Shown in pieces: positions 58,087-64,000 of a stretch of 64,000 nt of DNA. Numbering within the stretch: the first letter of the stretch is position 1; the number at the start of each line of letters is the position of its first letter. A model generated the notes under the pieces. It was not told where the DNA came from. It was given only the letters and a program-made list of their open reading frames with translations, and did no database searches. The translations under genes were made by a program, and so were the position numbers. Source of the stretch: an uncultured archaeon (lineage in GTDB: Archaea; Asgardarchaeota; Thorarchaeia; Thorarchaeales; Thorarchaeaceae); NCBI GenBank assembly GCA_964558645.1, contig CAZLEV010000003.1, positions 128,001-192,000 on the forward strand, given 5' to 3'.

Positions 58087-61000
58087 TTAGCTAGGTCTTC
58101 TCTTTCGTATATACCAAATCAGAGCACCTACCACCACGATAACGCCCACGACTCCCGCAATCAGGAGTAATGGAACGATGTCGGGAGGTGGAGGTGTTGC
58201 GGTAGGAACAGCCGCTACGACCGTGACAACGACTGTATCGGTTGCAGTATTTCCACTCTTGTCTGAAACTGTTATCGCGAACTCATAGGTTCCGGGGTCA
58301 AGTCCATCGAGATTCACAACTACCTTGCCGCCTCCCCAACTACCAGATGCATATAACGTGGAGTTCTCCATCACCTCGAAGGAGGCAGGGTATTGGTCTG
58401 ACGGTGTCCATGTGATGGTATTACCCACTGTGCCCTCGACGTACACGATGTCGGCGGGTGAGTCGATGGTGGGACTGATGTCATCGTTGATGACCAGTAC
58501 TCTCAAAGTATCTTCTGCCATGTTTCCGTCAACGTCATAGATGACCATCCGAAGGATACGTAGCCCCTCTGAGAGGTCATCAATGCCAACTTCAAGAACT
58601 CCTGAAGTCCACGAACCTGTTTCAGATTCGATGTCATCCACATAGAGAACGTAGTGGTCAGGGTTCAGGTCATCCACAGTCCATGTCACTGTCTGACCAG
58701 TTGCGCCGACAAAGGCTTCTCTATCTGGAGCACTGCTAATGGTGGGCGGAGTCGCATCATAGACGTGTATGTTGACCGTGTCTGTCACATAGTTCTCATG
58801 GATATCCCACACAGTGATTACCAACGTATGGGTGCCGTATGGCAATCCATCAATGTTGACGATGATACTGGTATAGTTCCATGCATCCCCGGCCCAGTAC
58901 TCCGAGTTGATCTCAACTTCCCAGTTGCGGAGGTTATCATCAACAGGGTACCATGTGATGGTATTTCCGGTGGAACCCTCTGCGTAGGACATATCCTGAG
59001 GTTGGTTGATGATGGGCGTGGTGGGGAGGAATCCCTGTGGATATCTGTCCTGCGCATTCCCGATTATGACCGGAGCGCCAGAGAACGGGTACCAGTAGTT
59101 GCCCATGCTCACATTATCGTCCCAGTTCCGAACCGAGGCATCATAGCCATTTCCTTCCAGGTTCATCACAAACACGTTGTAGTAGACCGAGACGTTGATT
59201 CCCGATGAAACATATACTCCGTACTCCGAATTCCATCTAATGGAGTTGTTCAGGATGAAGATGTTCGCGCCTCCCTCGACGTAGACTCCGTAGCCGTTGT
59301 CCTCTATCTTGTTGTAGGTGACATTGACCCAATCAGACCATAAAAGGTAGACTGCCCGGTCGGTACAATACGAGAAGTTGGAATCACTGATTGAAACATT
59401 GTCAGAGGAAAAGACGAACACCCCTACTGATGCGTTCGTAAATGTAGACTCTTGGACAATGTCGTTGTTGAAGTTATCCAGAAATACCCCGTAACTGTTG
59501 AGGTCCTTGAAGTCGCACGAGGTGAGGAACATGCCAGAACCATCGTGGGCGTACACCCCATAGTGTGAGTTTGTCACGCTGCACTGACTGATTCGGACAT
59601 TGGTTGTAGTGAAGAGTCTGATCCCTACGCCATTGGATTCATAACAGTCCGCGACAGTGGTTCCAGTGATGTTGATGTTGGTGACCGAGAAGGTCGCGAT
59701 GCCCCACCTGCTATCAGAACCATCTGAGTCGCAGTCCTGAATTGTCACGTTCTCGGCCAGATACCCGATGTAGGCCGCAAGGTTGTTGGAGAAATGAGCA
59801 TCCTGGATGAGCAGATTGTGAGTTCCGTATCCCGCGATAGGCACGGAGGCAGAATCGAAGTCGCCCCCAGTCACCGTGCAGTCAGTGGAGTTCATGAGCA
59901 AGATCTGGCCATAGTCATCCCCATTCAGGTCAATGCTCGAACCATTCCATGCGTAGTAGAGCGGCTTACCGTTCACAGTATTGCCTGAGAACTCGTGCTC
60001 ATAGGTATCGATTAGGTGGAGTTCGAAGACGAACCCACAGCCCGTCAATGTGTTGTCTCTGAAGTGAGAATCTGTTATACCGTGGAGGAAGATACCCTGC
60101 TCTGACGGAAAGTCAATGGAGTTATCAACAAACGTGATGTTTGTGGAGCCCATCACATGCACTGCCTCCAGACCTGTTCCACTTAGTGTGTTTGCAGCTA
60201 CCTCTACATTCATGCTACTCGACATATAGAACGCCTCGCCACCTCCCTCCACAGTGTTCCCAGAAACCGTCGAGTTGTGCAAGCCATGCATATTGATTCC
60301 ATACGTTTGACTACCATTCACCCAGTTGTTGGCAATAGTTGTCCTGGGGCTATTTAATGCCAATATACCTTGTGAGGATGCCATGCTGATATCGTTATCA
60401 TTGATGTTGGCGTCGGGACACTGCATCACGTAGATGCCACTGTGAGTGGTGCCGGTGATGGTGTTCATATCAATGAAACATCGCGGTGATACTACAACCC
60501 AAATCGCATATGCGCCAGAGTCGGAAATCGAATTGGACGTTATTGTCGAGTTTTCACAATGGTCTAGGGCGATGCCAAATGCACCCGCGTTGGATATGGA
60601 ACTACCTACTATGTCTACTGGGTACGAATAGTTGGCGTATATTCCAGAGGCAACTATTGAATCGATCGTTATGCCGCTGAGTAATGTTCGGTTTGAGTCG
60701 GTAATCTCGATTCCGAAGTACGTGGTGTTGGATATCGAGCTGTCAGTGATCTCACTATGCGGAGAGTTGACCACGAGGATTCCTGATGCCTCAGCGTCTG
60801 TCAGGGTCAGTCCAGTGATTGTGGTCTCCCAAGAATCAGAAACAACGACACCTTGTTCTCCACTCGAAACAACATTACAGGATGAGAGTGTCGTATGGTT
60901 CGACCAATCGATCTCGATGCCGATATCTGCCTGCGAGCCAAAGGTGGAATCAGTCACGCTGGTTGCGTTGCACTTGTAGATCTGTAGTCCGGGGCGGCTA

Positions 61001-61842
61001 GTCCCGTGAGCCTCACTCGCCGCAATGCTTGCCCCCTCCACCGTGTACAGGCGAATGCCATATCCTTGGTTTTCGTGAGGTACGGCAACGTTGTTTATCT
61101 CAACATCGATATCGAACTCGAAGGCGTATCCTGCCAGAAGGCCGGTGCTGAATTCATCAGTGACCGTGGTGTGGTTGGAATACCGGACTACTGCCGTGTA
61201 GTAACTGGGGTTATTACCTGCAAGAACGTTGTGGGAAAGTGTCAGGTCTGTACAGTACGAGCATGTAAGTGCTCGATGGGTTGTTGAGTTCATTCTGTTC
61301 CAGCTGACTTCCGATTCTGAGGATGCATAGACAAAGACTGCAATCTGATTTGCAAGCACGTCACAATGCATAATCTTCGTGCCGGCAGTATCGAAGGCTT
61401 CAATCCCACGACCTGCTGACATAATGGTGCAATACTCAACAAGCCCATTCGATACGTTGAGAAAGGCGATACCAACCTCATTTGACATCTGGTTCACATA
61501 ACAGTCTCGGATGATGAAGTATGCATCCGTGTTGGTGATATGTATTGCCACCTTTCCTACGTCATATGTGATATTCAGGGCTTCGATGATAAAGGGATCC
61601 ACCTCACTGCCGCTGCCGGGCCAGCCCTGTCCCACGAAATCATCTGTCCCGTTGATGAGAATCGGGACGTGGTCAGTGAGGTCTTCAGAGTCAAGACGTA
61701 TTCCAGGTTCTTGTGCCAGACTGATGTTTCTCTCGGGAGCTGCATCAAGTGCGGCAGGTTTCGTTACGAAGTATCCCGTCAACACAAGAGGCTGAACAAG
61801 TAAAATGAACGCAAGTATTCCAGTCATAATCCGTTTTTGCAA
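58087..61842 (-). CDS. NosD/parallel beta-helix surface protein with Ig-like domains and TM anchor (paralog 2)
   Basis: Same architecture as 29715-33407; TTG start 6 nt after GGAGGAG (alternatives ATG 61869 or 61827); TM + RKRRPS. Confidence 0.9.
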   Translation of the reverse strand: MQKRIMTGILAFILLVQPLVLTGYFVTKPAALDAAPERNISLAQEPGIRLDSEDLTDHVPILINGTDDFVGQGWPGSGSEVDPFIIEALNITYDVGKVAIHITNTDAYFIIRDCYVNQMSNEVGIAFLNVSNGLVEYCTIMSAGRGIEAFDTAGTKIMHCDVLANQIAVFVYASSESEVSWNRMNSTTHRALTCSYCTDLTLSHNVLAGNNPSYYTAVVRYSNHTTVTDEFSTGLLAGYAFEFDIDVEINNVAVPHENQGYGIRLYTVEGASIAASEAHGTSRPGLQIYKCNATSVTDSTFGSQADIGIEIDWSNHTTLSSCNVVSSGEQGVVVSDSWETTITGLTLTDAEASGILVVNSPHSEITDSSISNTTYFGIEITDSNRTLLSGITIDSIVASGIYANYSYPVDIVGSSISNAGAFGIALDHCENSTITSNSISDSGAYAIWVVVSPRCFIDMNTITGTTHSGIYVMQCPDANINDNDISMASSQGILALNSPRTTIANNWVNGSQTYGINMHGLHNSTVSGNTVEGGGEAFYMSSSMNVEVAANTLSGTGLEAVHVMGSTNITFVDNSIDFPSEQGIFLHGITDSHFRDNTLTGCGFVFELHLIDTYEHEFSGNTVNGKPLYYAWNGSSIDLNGDDYGQILLMNSTDCTVTGGDFDSASVPIAGYGTHNLLIQDAHFSNNLAAYIGYLAENVTIQDCDSDGSDSRWGIATFSVTNINITGTTVADCYESNGVGIRLFTTTNVRISQCSVTNSHYGVYAHDGSGMFLTSCDFKDLNSYGVFLDNFNNDIVQESTFTNASVGVFVFSSDNVSISDSNFSYCTDRAVYLLWSDWVNVTYNKIEDNGYGVYVEGGANIFILNNSIRWNSEYGVYVSSGINVSVYYNVFVMNLEGNGYDASVRNWDDNVSMGNYWYPFSGAPVIIGNAQDRYPQGFLPTTPIINQPQDMSYAEGSTGNTITWYPVDDNLRNWEVEINSEYWAGDAWNYTSIIVNIDGLPYGTHTLVITVWDIHENYVTDTVNIHVYDATPPTISSAPDREAFVGATGQTVTWTVDDLNPDHYVLYVDDIESETGSWTSGVLEVGIDDLSEGLRILRMVIYDVDGNMAEDTLRVLVINDDISPTIDSPADIVYVEGTVGNTITWTPSDQYPASFEVMENSTLYASGSWGGGKVVVNLDGLDPGTYEFAITVSDKSGNTATDTVVVTVVAAVPTATPPPPDIVPLLLIAGVVGVIVVVGALIWYIRKRRPS

Positions 61843-61847
61843 TCTCC

Positions 61848-62019
61848 ACTCCTCCGGGAGTCTTTTCATGAAGCATCGCTGAGGCATGTGAAAGAACTGG
61901 ACAAGCGCAGTGATGTGCCTGTGTTGTCCATATGGTGCGGCGAACGGAGCTCGCTTCCTTTACCTTCACGCCAGTGCATCAAGACGTGCTGCTTTCCTCT
62001 CGGCAAACTCACTAATAAA
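61848..62019 (-). promoter_or_regulatory. TATA box plus long structured 5' leader
   Basis: TTTATTA at 62019-62013; three nested stems and an ACTCC/GGAGT hairpin over the SD. Confidence 0.5.
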
Positions 62020-62063
62020 CTTCACAGGTTCATAGATGCGTACTTCTCGATAAGAGTAAAGCA

Positions 62064-62094
62064 TTGGGCCCGGGCACGGCGCCCGGGTTCCCAA
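62064..62094 (-). terminator. GC-rich hairpin after NosD paralog 3
   Basis: TTGGG-CCCGGGC-ACGGC-GCCCGGG-TT-CCCAA. Confidence 0.5.
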
Positions 62095-62101
62095 CAAGAC
62101 T

Positions 62102-64000
62102 CTAGGCACCCCTTCGCTTGTTGAACAGGTATCCTGCGATAGCTACCACGATAACTGCTGCAATCCCGCCTAGGACCAACAAGAGAAGCATTGGATCCAT
62201 TGGCACCACATCTTCCTCCTCTGCTGTGGGCAATGCAAGCACTGTGACCTCAACGACGTCAGTAGCTGAGTTTCCACTCTGGTCATACACTGTGACCTCA
62301 AAACTGTGACTACCAACATCAAGCCCATCAAGGCTGAAGATGATTCGGGCTCCAGCCCATGGTCCTGAAGACACGACGGAGCCATCTGACTCAATCTCGT
62401 AGCTTGCTGGCCAGTCGTCTGTTGCTGTCCATGCAATTCTTGCCCCAGTCGTGCCCTCATAGATGGTCATGTCTGAGGGGGATTCTATAGTGGGAGGTGC
62501 GTCATCATACACAACAAGAACCGTGATGATGTCAGAGTCGCTGTTTCTATCGAGGTCGTACACAGTCAACTCGACTTCGTATAGTCCCGCGACAAGCCCG
62601 TCAAGACTGTAGGTCACTTGGTTTGTCCATGGTCCCTGGGCGTCAATCTCGCCGTCAAGAAGGACGATGTAGGTGTCTGGATTGAGATCCGAGGCAGTCC
62701 AGCTGATAGTCTGGCCCGCCACTCCTTCGAAGGCTATGGTATCTGGTTGTCCCTTTAATACTGGCGGAGTGTCATCATAGACATGTATAAGCACTTGATC
62801 TGTCACGCTATTCTGATCCACATCGTAGACAACTATGTCGAGCGTATGGGTACCATAAGGCAAGCCATCAACGTTTACTGTGATGTCATTGAAGTCCCAA
62901 GCACCCGATGCCCAGAACTGACCATCGATTTCGACGGTCCAGTCGCGGAGCTCGTCGTCACGAGGATTCCAAGTAAGCTCATTGCTTGTTGACCCTTCGG
63001 CGTAATAGAGGTCCATTGGCTGATCGATGACCGGAGTTGTCGGAGCGTACAGGTTGGGATAGTTGTCAATTGCGCCTCCGCCTCCAGCCGTTATCGAGTA
63101 CGGGGGAGGCGGTGTGTAATCTCCCCACCAGTTCCCTTCTGACACCCCGTCGTCCCAATTGTGTGGGTCGTTGTCGTAACCGTTGATCGAATTGAATGCG
63201 ATCGTGTTATAGTAGACTTCGGATCCGTCTGAATTGGAGAGATAGATCCCATAAGTCGTACACCAACGGACTGTATTGTTTGTGATTGTGGCGTTGTCAC
63301 CGTTGCTAACTCGAATGCCATAGCCACAGCTCTCTACAATGCTGGATGTTACGTTGTTGAAGTCTGCAAAGGATCCCGCAATGTAGATTCCTGTTGTGCA
63401 ATGTCGGACTTCGCAATCGGTTATGTTCCAATAATCCGAGTTATCAACATAGACCCCCATCGTGCTGTTCAGGAAGTAGCAGTCTTCAACTGTTGCCCAA
63501 TCAGCTGACGAGGCGGCATAGATTCCGGTATACTCGTTGTGGATGAAGTCACATCCGGCAATGATAGCGTCCTCACCAAATCGGAGGTAAAGACCTCTAT
63601 GATTGTACTCCAATATGCTTGAAACAAGAACGAATCTTGAAGACATGTACGAATCAATGCCATATCCATTCATGCCACTGAACTTCCTGAACGTGCAGCC
63701 TTCAACGTGGGCGTCATCTGATTCGTACAGTCCTAGGCCTCTGCCATTGGCCACCCCCGCAAAGTGCGAGTCTATGAGAGTAAGGTTTTGTGCTGGATTG
63801 GCGATACACCCATAGTGATTGCCTACAGATTCTATGCCTTCGATATGGATGTACTCTCCTGTGTAGATCACAATCGGGACGCTGCAATACTCGAAGACAC
63901 CTCCTAAGACTGTGATGTTTGTGCAGTCGACCATGGCAATCTGGCCGTAATCACCGCCAGAAACGATGAGGTCCGACTCGCTAATAAGATACAGGAATGG
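62102..64000 (-). CDS. NosD/parallel beta-helix surface protein (paralog 3), 5'-truncated
   Basis: Frame open to the window edge (PFLYLISESDLIVSGGDYGQIAM); same beta-helix, GNWWGD, Ig repeats and TM + KRRGA. Confidence 0.9.
   Translation of the reverse strand, partial: PFLYLISESDLIVSGGDYGQIAMVDCTNITVLGGVFEYCSVPIVIYTGEYIHIEGIESVGNHYGCIANPAQNLTLIDSHFAGVANGRGLGLYESDDAHVEGCTFRKFSGMNGYGIDSYMSSRFVLVSSILEYNHRGLYLRFGEDAIIAGCDFIHNEYTGIYAASSADWATVEDCYFLNSTMGVYVDNSDYWNITDCEVRHCTTGIYIAGSFADFNNVTSSIVESCGYGIRVSNGDNATITNNTVRWCTTYGIYLSNSDGSEVYYNTIAFNSINGYDNDPHNWDDGVSEGNWWGDYTPPPPYSITAGGGGAIDNYPNLYAPTTPVIDQPMDLYYAEGSTSNELTWNPRDDELRDWTVEIDGQFWASGAWDFNDITVNVDGLPYGTHTLDIVVYDVDQNSVTDQVLIHVYDDTPPVLKGQPDTIAFEGVAGQTISWTASDLNPDTYIVLLDGEIDAQGPWTNQVTYSLDGLVAGLYEVELTVYDLDRNSDSDIITVLVVYDDAPPTIESPSDMTIYEGTTGARIAWTATDDWPASYEIESDGSVVSSGPWAGARIIFSLDGLDVGSHSFEVTVYDQSGNSATDVVEVTVLALPTAEEEDVVPMDPMLLLLVLGGIAAVIVVAIAGYLFNKRRGA

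Noticed and set aside
29715-64000. Diversity-generating retroelement or cassette switching among NosD paralogs
   Set aside because: No reverse transcriptase or recombinase, and no near-identical template/variable repeat pair seen; the paralogs differ at all base types.
1-64000. tRNA, rRNA, transposase or integrase genes
   Set aside because: No cloverleaf/T-loop signature in intergenic gaps, no gap long enough for 16S/23S rRNA, and no recombinase motifs in the ORF track. tRNAscan/Infernal were not run.

Overview
Archaeal chromosomal segment, most likely from an Asgard archaeon (Thorarchaeota-like). This is inferred from the longin/small-GTPase fusion, a multi-TM-longin protein, paralogous NosD-type beta-helix surface proteins, BRE/TATA promoters and a Sec11-type signal peptidase. 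I saw no rRNA, tRNA, CRISPR array, transposase or integrase. The left part (1-27 kb) is mostly housekeeping and metabolic: beta-CASP nuclease, NAD kinase-HTH, nadA, ppa, kbl-like, MFS and ABC transporters, ggt, aspA, NIF3-like. The right part (27-64 kb) is dominated by very large membrane-anchored surface proteins. Four candidate systems stand out. (1) A longin-GTPase-longin-winged-helix fusion with an upstream paralog, resembling eukaryotic NPRL2/GATOR1. (2) An NAD-kinase-wHTH fusion with a degenerate GGDG motif, divergent from nadA across two copies of a palindromic operator, i.e. a candidate NAD-sensing regulator. (3) A two-gene operon of giant Ca2+-binding surface proteins: a frameshift-split helical/beta-sheet/TSP3-repeat protein and a 2.7k-aa FG-GAP propeller protein. 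(4) Long structured 5' leaders that occlude the Shine-Dalgarno (SD) sequence of three giant surface-protein genes. All family assignments come from motif recognition by eye; no searches were run.
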